Below the pieces are notes generated by a model. The model had not been told where the DNA came from and did no database searches. It was given only the letters and a program-made list of their open reading frames with translations. Made by a program: the position numbers and the translations under genes. 64,000 bases of DNA, taken from positions 128,001 through 192,000 of the forward strand of contig CAVZSV010000006.1 of assembly GCA_963778115.1 (NCBI GenBank), written 5' to 3'. Source of the DNA: an uncultured delta proteobacterium (GTDB lineage Bacteria > Bdellovibrionota > FAC87 > UBA2466). Shown here one piece after another: positions 9,339 to 19,900 of the stretch (positions are counted from its first letter, which is position 1; every line of letters begins with the position of its first letter).

Positions 9339-10781
9339 ATGTTCGGGAAATCTAGAGTTTACTGCGGCTGTCTCTTGTTCCTCCTACTAAAAATGGGGAG
9401 CGCGGTTGCGGGCAATATTAAATTGCTGGCTGTCGTCGACAGTCTGGATCCAACCGTAGGGATGGCTTGCGAAGAAACCTTTACCGTTTTAGATAAGTTC
9501 TTAACTGAAGCACGCCCTAGCAAAGATGCTCTTCCTATCTTTACTTTCGAGAGAGGGGTTTTCACTCCTGCAGGGATTCTCGAGTATTACCGCACCGAGC
9601 CGTTCGGCAAAGAGGATGTCCTATGGTTTTATTATTGCGGGCACGGCGGGATGGATGCCCAAAAAGGACATTTTCTAAAAACGACCCAAGGAGACTTAGT
9701 CCGTAGGGAACTAAGAGAGGTGATGGAAAGTCGAAAAACCCAAGGCGTTCTGATTACCACCGATGCGTGCAGCGTTCCGGCGCAGGCGCAAGGAAATGGG
9801 TTGATTTTGCATACGCGTACGACGGTGGTGGTCCAGTATGATCCCTGGAAGGTGGTCCAGGAAGTAGTGGGAAATATCGAGGGGACCGTAGACATTACGG
9901 CAGCGACGGGGGAAAACCGAGCGTTTATTCACGACGAACTTCGGGGAAACTTTACCAACGGACTTGTTTCATTGCTTTTTCAGCCTTTTGAAGGGCTCGA
10001 TCTAGATGGCAACGGAATGATTGATTGGAGGGAGAGCTTTTCCTTCCTGAGGGCAGAAACCCAGAACTATTTTTCGAACATGAAAAATGAAGTGGGGCAG
10101 GATCAGTGGCTAAGACGGTACAAAGAGAATAATCAAATCCCTTATGCCTTCTCACTAGGTAAAAAAGTGGAAGAGCAACTTAGAACACATGGGTATAATA
10201 AGAAAATAGTGAAGCAAATATTTGCTGGGGACTATGGTCCTTATGGCGCGGTTGGATTTCATAGCGGCGAAGGAATCAGACTAGCAATCGAAATGTCTTT
10301 CGATCATTTGCGGAACAGAAAATTGATGTTGGTGGCTCACCTTTTAGACCCTGAGGAAAAACCAATCCCGGCCCATAAAACCACAACATTCAGTTCCAAG
10401 GGCGGAGGGATTGAGTTCATTCGAGAAATAGCGATAACACATGACTTCGCCGCCTATGGCCCCAACGAACCGTTTGAAATTTTAATTCCTTACGACGCAA
10501 TAATCGGCCCCAAACCGAGAAATCCCATTCCGCTGAGCGATGGCACGTGGGATGAAAGTGACAGAATGAAGTTTGGTTATCTGGAAGTCATCGTCTACGA
10601 TTCGACCACCGGCGGAAAGTCTCCTATCCTCTACCAAGAGGCGGTAAAACTTTCACGATCTACTCCCAGCCTTCCCCGTTCTCTTCCTCCCAAGCGAACG
10701 GACGGTCAACTTCTGGAGCCTCCCGTCCCTTCAGGCAAGAGTCTTGAAAAGAGAGAAAAAGAGGTGATCTCTGTTCCTTAG
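9339..10781 (+). CDS. Secreted caspase-like (peptidase C14) protein, paralogue 1
   Basis: YYCGHGG and ITTDACS His-Cys dyad; EF-hand-like DLDGNGMIDWRE; signal-like N-terminus; start chosen at ATG 9339. Confidence 0.8.
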   Translation: MFGKSRVYCGCLLFLLLKMGSAVAGNIKLLAVVDSLDPTVGMACEETFTVLDKFLTEARPSKDALPIFTFERGVFTPAGILEYYRTEPFGKEDVLWFYYCGHGGMDAQKGHFLKTTQGDLVRRELREVMESRKTQGVLITTDACSVPAQAQGNGLILHTRTTVVVQYDPWKVVQEVVGNIEGTVDITAATGENRAFIHDELRGNFTNGLVSLLFQPFEGLDLDGNGMIDWRESFSFLRAETQNYFSNMKNEVGQDQWLRRYKENNQIPYAFSLGKKVEEQLRTHGYNKKIVKQIFAGDYGPYGAVGFHSGEGIRLAIEMSFDHLRNRKLMLVAHLLDPEEKPIPAHKTTTFSSKGGGIEFIREIAITHDFAAYGPNEPFEILIPYDAIIGPKPRNPIPLSDGTWDESDRMKFGYLEVIVYDSTTGGKSPILYQEAVKLSRSTPSLPRSLPPKRTDGQLLEPPVPSGKSLEKREKEVISVP

Positions 10782-12255
10782 TAAAACATCTCTCTTTGAG
10801 AGTCGGCTTGCTTTTGGTCTTTTCATCTTATTGGCTTGTGCGGGACAATACGCCGATGCGGGATCCATACGAATGCTTGCCGTCGTCGACCAATTTGCCG
10901 AGGATATCGGCGTCCCTTGTGAAGAAAGTTTCACACGATTAAAAGACTTCCTTCTTAAAGTGCGCCCCAACCCTGAATTGCTTTCGATCGAAGCGTTCGA
11001 AGAGGCAGCTTTTTCACCGGACGGCATTCTTGAATACTATCGGAAAGCAAAATTCGAGTCCGACGATGTCCTCTGGTTTTACTTTTGTGGACATGGAGGT
11101 ACCGATCCGGAGCAGGGTCAGTTTCTCAACACGACCCAGGGAGATCTGGCGCGTAGTGAGCTCAGGCAAGTCATGGAGTCTCGTAAGACTCGCGGGATTC
11201 TCATCACTACGGATGCTTGCTCGACTCCTGCGGCGCTAAGGCCCAGAGGTCCTACTCCTCTTGAAACAATTGTCAGTGAGGCGGATCACTGGAAGGTCAT
11301 TCGAAGCCTTATCGGCAATATTGAAGGGACTGTCGACATTACCGCCGCCAGTGGCACGGGACGTGCTTTTGCCAGCAAGGATACCTCATCCAACTTTTCT
11401 GAAGCGCTGCTATCGCTTCTTTTTAGTCGGTTCGAGTGGTTGGATTTGGACCGAGATGGTGATTTGGATTGGTTCGAAGGCTTCTCTTTTCTACGTTCAG
11501 AGACCCGGAACTATTTCTCTAATCTGCGAAACGTTTATGGCTCAGAAGCCTGGAAAAAATCCTATTCAGAGGATGACCAGATCCCCCATGCCTTTTCCCT
11601 CGGAAATAAAGTGCGTGACGTCTTGAAGGTAAGGTTCCCCGAAAAACGCGTGAGGCTTATCCAAGCCTTCGTTAGCGAATACGGGAGTTATAGCCCTCTT
11701 CGACTGGACGAAGGGCTGGGCCTTAGAGTGTCGTTACAGCTGACAATGCACCATTTGAGTGGAAAAACGATAACGATTCGAGGAAAATTGTTAGACCAGA
11801 ACCGCAAAGCCATTGGCGCGAGAGCAAGGTCCGGTTTCGCCAACGGTCAGGGCGAACTAGAGTTCGAAAGATCACTGAAGGTGGAAAAAGATTTTTTGGG
11901 TTTTGGGCCCAATACTCCATTGGAAATTTTGATTCCCTATGAAGTCGTTATTGGACCGAAGAAGGTACCCAATCAAGATTTCCAAGGAGTCTCACAAGAG
12001 GAACGGCTGAAGAACCGAATGCATTTTCAATTTCTCTCGGTGGCTGTCCGTGAATCGAAGGACAGCGCAGGGGAGCTTCTATTCAGTGCTACGCCAAAGT
12101 TCGGAGAATGGACCCCCGGTCTTCCCAAAGAGAGAGAGTTAGCAAAGTCTCGGGGGCCGCTAATCCCCCCGATTCCGCTGGGCGACGATCCCAACGCTCC
12201 TATAGTGCCGCCACCCCTGGGGCCGGCTCCGAGTCCTGCTCCCGCGCCACCATAG
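10771..12255 (+). CDS. Secreted caspase-like (peptidase C14) protein, paralogue 2 (probable CTG start)
   Basis: YFCGHGG and ITTDACS; DLDRDGDLDWFE; collinear with the upstream paralogue; Pro-rich tail. The frame is open back to CTG 10771, which follows GAGGTG. Confidence 0.8.
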   Translation: MFLSKTSLFESRLAFGLFILLACAGQYADAGSIRMLAVVDQFAEDIGVPCEESFTRLKDFLLKVRPNPELLSIEAFEEAAFSPDGILEYYRKAKFESDDVLWFYFCGHGGTDPEQGQFLNTTQGDLARSELRQVMESRKTRGILITTDACSTPAALRPRGPTPLETIVSEADHWKVIRSLIGNIEGTVDITAASGTGRAFASKDTSSNFSEALLSLLFSRFEWLDLDRDGDLDWFEGFSFLRSETRNYFSNLRNVYGSEAWKKSYSEDDQIPHAFSLGNKVRDVLKVRFPEKRVRLIQAFVSEYGSYSPLRLDEGLGLRVSLQLTMHHLSGKTITIRGKLLDQNRKAIGARARSGFANGQGELEFERSLKVEKDFLGFGPNTPLEILIPYEVVIGPKKVPNQDFQGVSQEERLKNRMHFQFLSVAVRESKDSAGELLFSATPKFGEWTPGLPKERELAKSRGPLIPPIPLGDDPNAPIVPPPLGPAPSPAPAPP

Positions 12256-12332
12256 GCCGTTAGTCCCACTCTTGACTCATTGCGTCTATAGTGTCATGTG
12301 TCTCGTCTAAGACAAACACAGCCGGAGGTCCG

Positions 12333-13973
12333 ATGTTGCAGCGAACGTTACTGGCAAAGTGGCAGATCCTGTTCTCTTTTCTTGTTTTTTCGGGCGTAAC
12401 GTCCCAGGCCGCCCGCATTGAAAAAATCGCAGTGGCGACCGAAACCAAAAATGATACTGCCACTTCCGACTCTTTGAACATACAAACCATTACGGATAAA
12501 TCAGATCCTGCGTTTAATCTGTTAATCCGGGCGCACTTGCTCACGAAAGCTGCCGAAAACGGAAAATTTAAAGCGCTCCCGCTTAAAGAGGTTACCGACA
12601 CTGCAAAGGATTTTGAGATCGCCGTCACTGTGGATGCGCCCGTATTCGCAGAGGAGCTTTTCGTCGAAAGAGCGCACAAAGTAACTATTCCCTTCGATCA
12701 GATAGCGATTCCCGAGGGAGAGACTAGCGTTTTCTATACGGTGGCTTTAACAGACGGCGAGGGGAATTGGTTACATACTCTGGCGACCGAACGAGAAACG
12801 ATCCGAAAAGACGCTGGGAGGATTCAAGTCAATCGACAAGTTCTGGAACTTCCGGTTCCCAAAAGCTTCGAAGAGCAGGCCAAGAACGTAGCACTTGCTT
12901 CCGCGAATATGCCGAACGATTTATCGGGGCTCACTCCCGGCAATGCGCTTGCTCCTCCCCCCGCCGAGAATACCCAGCATGTTTATTTCGCGACGAATCG
13001 AAAGTTGGAACCCGCTAAATCTGCTAATGGTCGAGGCCCCGGCCTTCGATTCCGTTATACCTTTTACCCGGAAACTAGAGCGCCAGGCGTGGTCGGTCTG
13101 ACTTATGGAGAATGTCTCATTGAGCTACCGAGCCGAGCCAAGGAGCAAGAATGGTTTAGTTCGGAGATTGCGCACATCGACGAAACTCACTTGCACGAAG
13201 AAGAAGCATTTTTGAGAGCCGTTTCAAACTCGCACAAGAATGACGTAATGCTTTTTGTCCATGGATTTGCGAACTCCTTTGAGGATGCCATTTTGCAAGC
13301 GGGTCGAGTGAAACGAGATACCGAATTTAAGGGCAACGTAATGGTCTTTAGCTGGCCCTCAAAAGGAAGCCCAACGCTCCCCGCCTATTTGGCGGATCAA
13401 GTTCAAAATGAAAAGAGTATCGATGCTCTCCGGCATGTTCTTGGTAAAGTCATCGATAGGGTCGAGGACCAAAACGGAAAGCTTTATATTCTTGCTCATA
13501 GCATGGGGAATCGGGTCCTGATTTTTGCGCTAAGAGATCTCTACAAAGAGAGAAAACATCGATTGAAGGCTGATGATAAACCAATTTCCAGCATCGCGTT
13601 TGCGGCTCCCGACGTGGATGCGACTCTCTTTTCCAGTGTCATTCCCAATGTGGCCAAAATGGCCGACGTCATGAGCTTTTATTATACGGAAAACGATAAA
13701 GCTCTCTTTCTAGCCCACGAGCTAATAGGAATCGATCGTGCCGGTTTGCGCCCCATATTTAATGATGACATGGCTAGTATCGACGTGAGTTCGGTGGCCA
13801 GAGGGTGGTTCACGTTAGGACATAGTTGGTATAGTTCATCTGATCCCGCAGTGCTCGATCTGAGAAAGCAGTTTGCTTATCATCTGCCTCCCGATAAGCG
13901 GAAACCACCATTGCTAAAAGATGTAGTGGGGTCCAAGAAATTCCATTTTGATAACTGGCTGCTTAAGAATTAG
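12333..13973 (+). CDS. Secreted alpha/beta hydrolase (DUF900-like)
   Basis: VYFATNR, LFVHGFANSF, FSWPS, AHSMGNR nucleophile elbow, AAPDVD, HSWY; signal peptide; ATG 12333 after GGAGG. Confidence 0.85.
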   Translation: MLQRTLLAKWQILFSFLVFSGVTSQAARIEKIAVATETKNDTATSDSLNIQTITDKSDPAFNLLIRAHLLTKAAENGKFKALPLKEVTDTAKDFEIAVTVDAPVFAEELFVERAHKVTIPFDQIAIPEGETSVFYTVALTDGEGNWLHTLATERETIRKDAGRIQVNRQVLELPVPKSFEEQAKNVALASANMPNDLSGLTPGNALAPPPAENTQHVYFATNRKLEPAKSANGRGPGLRFRYTFYPETRAPGVVGLTYGECLIELPSRAKEQEWFSSEIAHIDETHLHEEEAFLRAVSNSHKNDVMLFVHGFANSFEDAILQAGRVKRDTEFKGNVMVFSWPSKGSPTLPAYLADQVQNEKSIDALRHVLGKVIDRVEDQNGKLYILAHSMGNRVLIFALRDLYKERKHRLKADDKPISSIAFAAPDVDATLFSSVIPNVAKMADVMSFYYTENDKALFLAHELIGIDRAGLRPIFNDDMASIDVSSVARGWFTLGHSWYSSSDPAVLDLRKQFAYHLPPDKRKPPLLKDVVGSKKFHFDNWLLKN

Positions 13974-13992
13974 CGAAGACTAGCACTTAGTC

Positions 13993-14784
13993 TTAGCGAT
14001 GAGTAAATTGGTCGCGTAAGTCCTTCATACTTTGGTGAATAGGTTCTAAAGTAATCATTCCCGATCTTGGATGATCTAGATCTAAGATTAAGTAAATTCC
14101 CATGACGGTCATTAGAGCGAACATGCTGGAGATGATCCAGTCGATTCGTCCCCCCTGCCTTCCGTAGCCTACGACAAAGCTTGCAACGAGACATAGAAGG
14201 CATAAGAGAAAAAGAATCAGAACAGGAACGCCCGCTGTCCGAGTGGCCTCGCGTGTAGTGACGGCGTCAATCATGTTGTTCAGTGCGGGAACCATCTGGT
14301 TTGTGCGGGCTAAATTCTCGGGCTTTTGAGCAAGATCGGCCGCTCGTCGCCAGAGATGCGCGGAAATAGTGCTGGCCTCCTTTAGCGAAGCGGCTATCTC
14401 TGTCTCGTTACTACCGGCCGTAAAATAACGAATGCGCGAATTAACGTATTTCTGAAAGTCGGAGCGAAACGCATCTCGGAAATCGGTGGGGTAAAGATCT
14501 GCTCGTAATACGGCAGTCCCGATAGCGTTTACTTCTTCGATAAGGACTTGTCGTCTGGCATCATATCGGGAGGAGGCAGCGCCAAAGGTAAAAGCAAGCA
14601 GAAGTCCCAGAAGCCCCAGGATAGAGGCTTCAAGAGATCCAAGATTGTCGGTCGTATCCGTCGCTCGCTTTTCGGGATGCCATCGGGCAATCCAATAACC
14701 AATCTTATTAAACGCCAACATGGCGACAAAAAGAGTGAAGACGAGAAGTGCCGGAGAAACTTCGCTAAATAAAGTTCGTGTCAT
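13993..14784 (-). CDS. Integral membrane protein (DUF4239 / bestrophin-like)
   Basis: Four TM segments; LLGLLLAFTF..A.SRYDARR...EVNAIGT and ILDLDHPRSG motifs. Confidence 0.75.
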   Translation of the reverse strand: MTRTLFSEVSPALLVFTLFVAMLAFNKIGYWIARWHPEKRATDTTDNLGSLEASILGLLGLLLAFTFGAASSRYDARRQVLIEEVNAIGTAVLRADLYPTDFRDAFRSDFQKYVNSRIRYFTAGSNETEIAASLKEASTISAHLWRRAADLAQKPENLARTNQMVPALNNMIDAVTTREATRTAGVPVLILFLLCLLCLVASFVVGYGRQGGRIDWIISSMFALMTVMGIYLILDLDHPRSGMITLEPIHQSMKDLRDQFTHR

Positions 14785-14919
14785 GATCTAATGCTCACTT
14801 TCAGCGACGTGATACCTATTTGCGGAGATTGCTTCTTCGATTCGCTAGGGCTATGCCTTCGCTCCTTTTGCTCGCAATGAGAGACTTTACGAAGTCCCAC
14901 AAAGTCCGCTCGGAGGGCC

Positions 14920-16734
14920 CTACTGCTTATCCAAGATTGCCCTTGCGCACGTCAACGCTTTCTCGATCTGTTCAAAGTGAAGGCGCACCTCTCTCGCATC
15001 GGGTTGCAGCGAATCAACAAAAACTCCCCGGTGATTGATGAAAGCTCTCTGTAATTCCGGGGACTGTTCATAGATAGCCCGGAACTCCTCCAGAAAGTCT
15101 TTGTCAGAAGGATCCACGAGCCCTAGGTACCGAGCGACAAGACGTCGGAAATCTCGACTTGTTATTCTTTGTTCGTTAAGAGCCCGGATAGTGATACGAA
15201 GAAAAGCCAGGATGCATGGGCTAGGCCCAATGCCCCCGGGGTCTTCGTGCAGCCAAGCGGCGATCTGTCTCGCATTTTCCGATAGGTATTGATATTTATC
15301 CGCATCTGCGGCGGGAGAATCAAGAGTATCGAGCTTCCAGTGTAATAATTTCTCCTGCAGTGCCTCCGCACTTTCTATTTGATTATTCGGCGATAACCGC
15401 AACGCCGATCGATTACCTACTAATATACGATTGTCCGTATCTCTAATAAAATCCCGGCCCTCTCTGGCTTCGGGCGCTAGCTCGTAGCGCACCCAAAGAC
15501 GGTTGGGATGGTTATCCCTCTCTCGGGGGAGGAAACTCTCGAGTACTGGTACAGTGGCTCGTTCATATTTTAGATACCGAGTGGCAAAAATATTTGGAGT
15601 GGGATTTGAGCTTTCGAGCAAACGAAAATACTCTACGGTTCCTGCCGCGGGTAACACTACTTCGCTAAACCCCAAATCGGCTGCGGTGGTGCCACTTCCG
15701 GATCCCACGGCATAGCTTTTCACTGGAACTAATGTCATCCACCAAGCGGTAGTTCCGATTGTCTTAGGATCTCCTACTTTGAGCAGCGCCTTTCTCAACC
15801 CCAGCTTACCGATGAGGGTCCAAGCTCTCTCGACATCGTTTGATTGCAAAAGCATTTTACCAACCAACCTCTGAAGTCGGTCGATGCCATACTCACGATG
15901 TAATTCGTCTAGTCCACGAAAATTCTCAATGATCGGAATAAAATATTTAGTAGCAAGCTCTCCATCGAAAGGGAGATTCTCCTGAAGTAATTTCGTTAGG
16001 TAACGAATCACGGAAAATATCTCTGGGTTTTTCCCTTTTTGGTAACGCCGTGTTTGCGTATGAATAGGGCTATAGTGGTAGCTCAATCGATCCGCTAAGA
16101 GGTCATTGAAGAAGGAGCAGTCGTCTTCGTTGTTCCACTCGGAGACGTCTCGTACCTGACTGTGACCTTCGCTAGGATCGGTCAGCTCAATAAGACCTGT
16201 CGAGCCCGAGTCATTATGAATTCCCAGAAATTGGGGACTATTAAGAAGAGCAATTTTTTTATCGCGATCGGACTGAAGAAGTCTCACTTCCCATGCAGAC
16301 TTATTTCCCAGAAAAAGCGGAAGCCGGTGAGGGAATCTCTGATTCAAGTAATTCTCCAGGCGCTTCGCTTCCTCCTCGCTTCCATCGATCACAATGTCTA
16401 GATCTTGAGTTCGTTGGTAGAGCGATCTCAGCTTGGTTCCTTTAGGTAGCCCGTCTTGGCCAGCGGAAAGTCTCTTTCTCACTCCGTGCGCGTACGTAAA
16501 TGCGGTCCCTCCAAAAAGCCAACCGCGAATCTTACGTTTCGTAAGATAAGCTTTTATCGTCGCAAATTCTTCAATGCTGTCTCGACTATCCATTAGCGAT
16601 CGCACCAAATCGTCGCGAGTGATCGTAGTCGGTTGCGAATACGAAGTTATCGTCGATAACGCGGAGTAAATGATGACCCCGAAAATGCTTCTTTTTAGCG
16701 AAATACGTGATGAAAGATCAAAAAGTTGTTTCAA
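14920..16734 (-). CDS. Putative secreted nucleotidyltransferase-fold protein with shared C-terminal domain
   Basis: GWLFGGT...QDLDIVID is a pol-beta NTase-like motif. TTG 16734 follows a G-rich RBS and gives a signal-like N-terminus. The C-terminal domain is similar to that of 21312-22787. Confidence 0.65.
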   Translation of the reverse strand: MKQLFDLSSRISLKRSIFGVIIYSALSTITSYSQPTTITRDDLVRSLMDSRDSIEEFATIKAYLTKRKIRGWLFGGTAFTYAHGVRKRLSAGQDGLPKGTKLRSLYQRTQDLDIVIDGSEEEAKRLENYLNQRFPHRLPLFLGNKSAWEVRLLQSDRDKKIALLNSPQFLGIHNDSGSTGLIELTDPSEGHSQVRDVSEWNNEDDCSFFNDLLADRLSYHYSPIHTQTRRYQKGKNPEIFSVIRYLTKLLQENLPFDGELATKYFIPIIENFRGLDELHREYGIDRLQRLVGKMLLQSNDVERAWTLIGKLGLRKALLKVGDPKTIGTTAWWMTLVPVKSYAVGSGSGTTAADLGFSEVVLPAAGTVEYFRLLESSNPTPNIFATRYLKYERATVPVLESFLPRERDNHPNRLWVRYELAPEAREGRDFIRDTDNRILVGNRSALRLSPNNQIESAEALQEKLLHWKLDTLDSPAADADKYQYLSENARQIAAWLHEDPGGIGPSPCILAFLRITIRALNEQRITSRDFRRLVARYLGLVDPSDKDFLEEFRAIYEQSPELQRAFINHRGVFVDSLQPDAREVRLHFEQIEKALTCARAILDKQ

Positions 16735-16960
16735 ATTTTCCCCCAAACCAATCCCTGTGTTACTAGGAATAAATCGTTCAACCCTTTGCGTCAACGACTT
16801 GCTGGGATTGATTTATCGTCGATAACTCGATGCGTAACGAAATATTTATCTAACTCATTGCATCACAAAAAAGTAAAACGCGGCGCAAAATTATTATTGC
16901 CGAATGCTGCTGCATGTCTTACCTGATGATAAAGCACCGTTTCTTTTTGGGGGTTAAAAC

Positions 16961-19900
16961 ATGGGTTGGTTGGGAAAGGCCGCGCGCCTTCGTGTATTCT
17001 TTATTGCCTTTTTTGCGCTACTTCACACACAAAACGCAGTTTTCGCGGATGACGCTATGCGAAAGCCAGACGGAAATGGACTCGTAGCGTCAAGAATTAA
17101 GGAAGTCAAGAATCTGATCCTCGAACTTTCAGAGGAGGATCCGCGTAAGCGAACTGACGCCGCTAGCCAGTTGGCTGCGTTTCCGTTTCAGGAAGTGAAA
17201 GACTCGTTACTCAATGCGTTAGAAAAAGAAGTCAAAGGCGTTCGTCCCAATTCCTACATGATGGCCGCGTGTATTGAAGGATTAAAGTCGATGGTTGGTC
17301 GTAAAGATCGGGTGGCACTGGTTCAGATCTCTGGACAGATCTCAAGAGGTGACCAGACATGGACCAAGCGAATCCTGCAGAAAATGGAGGAGCTCATTGC
17401 AGCAAGCGAGAAAGCGCCCAGTGGTTTGATGTTGGCCGCACTTCCTCAAGAAGAGGCTGGCAAGCCTTTCTTAGACCAACTTCTCGAAGCGGCGACTAAA
17501 GGGCAACTGGATCCCGAAATTTACAAAGTTATCAAGACGGGAACCGAGACCGATATTTCGCACGATATGGCGGTCTTGGCTAACGATCCGAGAAATCCCA
17601 CCATCGTGGGGAGAGAAAAAGAAGCGGAGCAGGTTTTAAAAATCATGGTGCGAATCAAGAGTCGAATACCTGTTCTTGTCGGTGAGGCTGGTGTGGGTAA
17701 AACAGCGGTGGCCCAGGCCATATCGCTTATGATCAAAAAGGGAAATTTACCCGAGTGGTTCGTCTTTAGTGAGGAATTTCCCGGCAATACTGTGGTTATC
17801 CAGACCTCGGCGGCCAGGATAGGACGTTTGGCTCTATCGAACGCGGATAGTAGCCAAGCAGCGGCTCTCGAATTGTATTTCGACGCCATAAAAACCGCGC
17901 AGAAGGCGCTCAAGATGCCGATTCTCATTTTTATGGATGAAATTCACACTTTGAGTCGGGGACAGAAAGATGCCCTTAAGCCTTATGCGGAACAAGTGGA
18001 TGGGGTTCGCATCCTTGGCGCCACTACGAATCGAGAGTTCCAACTCATGATCGGAAGCGATAACGCGATTCGAAGACGACTGACACCGGTTCCCGTTCAT
18101 GAACTAAGCGAAGAGGAGACGCTGGATGTACTCAAACAGGGTTGGATCAGTCAGATAGAAAGCCGCTATCACGTTAGCATTCCGGACGAAGTGTTACCGT
18201 CTTTGATCCACATCGCTCCCGAAGTGCTTCCGGATTTGGCACGACCTGACTCCCCAATCAAATTCATCCAGGATCTGGCGATCGATGCCAGTCGGGGACA
18301 AGGGAAAAAGGGCGAGTCTGCCGTTGTGATTACGGAGGGGAGGGCTCGTGATTTTGCGGCTTCCATTACCGGAATTCCTATTAATCCCAGAGATCCTAAG
18401 CAGCTTCTAAACTACGTGGAAGACGGGCGAAAGAAAATTAAGGAAAGAGTGATCGGTCAAGACCACATGGTTGACGTGATGGTCGATACTTGGATGGATG
18501 TCCTGACCTCCGATGCGACGCGAGCATGGCGTTCGGTGGGTGTTATCGGGACGACAGGAACAGGGAAAACACTGACGGCGGAAAAGCTAGGAGAGGTATT
18601 TCTCCGAAACCGGGAAAAAGTGCTCGTCGTGGATTGCACGGCTTACTCTTCGGGACCTCATGCCCTAAATTCCCTGATTGGGGCTCCCAACGGAATCATA
18701 TCTAGCGACGAAACCAAGGGAATTCTCCCTGAGTTTCTTTCCGGAAAGGGAAAAGAGTCAGGGGTCATCATTCTAAACGAGTTTGATAAAGCCCATCCCG
18801 ACTTAGGAAAGAAGTTAATGGAGATGATCGATCGCGGTGAGCTTACCGGGGGAGACGGCCACACCTATCGACTGCGCCGGCATCTGGTAGTTTTCACCAC
18901 CAATAGAGGGGCTAATAAGATCTTTAACGAAAAACTAGGCCATTTAATGAGTAGCGAGGAGCTTCTTAACCGGGTTCGCAAGATCACCGATGCGCAGGCG
19001 AGGAGCTTTTTTACACAGTCCGACGGCTATGCCTACATGGACGAGCATCGGCTGCCTCCTGAAGTGGTCAATCGAGTGGATCGGTGGGTGGTCGCCAAGC
19101 CTATTACCTTTGAAGACGCTCTTGCTATTGCCGAACTTAAGGCAGTTCGTTTCTCAGAAGAGAACCTCGAACTGCACAAATTACACTTTTCCATTGATAA
19201 GGATGTATTGGAGGCAATCACGCGGGTGGCCTTTACGCCTGCTGACGGAGCGCGTCCGGTGGAAAAAAGGGTGGAAAGCATACTGAGCCGATGCCGTGCT
19301 GCTGCTTGGGCGGTTTTGGATAAAGTGGCTGACGCTAAACTTCGTATCGCTTTCTATCGTGACGAGCGAGAGGGGACCGCCTCGATCCTCGTGGTCGACC
19401 AAGATAATAATAAAACCATAGCACAATTACCTTTCGACGAGCCCACGCGCTTTATGGCGCTTCGCGATCCTAAGTTTTTGGATACGTTAATGACGTTAGA
19501 AGCAAAGATTAAGACCGAGATCTTTGGTCAGGATGAAGCTATTGCACAGATAGCGGCAGCAGTTCGGGCTCGGGCCAACCGTCCGCTTGATCCCACACCG
19601 TTATCGGTCTGGTTACTCGGCTCCACTGGAGTAGGGAAAACGGAAAGTGCAAAAGTACTCGCCAAGTATCTCTACGGATCTCCGGAACGAGCGCAAGTTC
19701 TCTCATTCGGTAAGGTCAACCACATGTATGAACTCAACGATATCTTCGGGCCGCCGCGAGGGATTATCGGGAGCGAGAGCAAAGCTATCTTTGAGACCAT
19801 TCTGGAAAGCTTTCCCGAAGGTTGTGTCATTGTGATGGACGAAATTAGCAATATGGGGCGAGGAGCGACACCGTCGGAAAAGGATTCGCTCTTCAAACGG

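Noticed and set aside
9462..10935. CEETF and CEESF near the N-termini of the caspase-like proteins as members of the Cys-tag set
   Set aside because: They fall where caspase-like domains commonly have a Cys after the first strand and end in Phe, so they are probably part of the fold.
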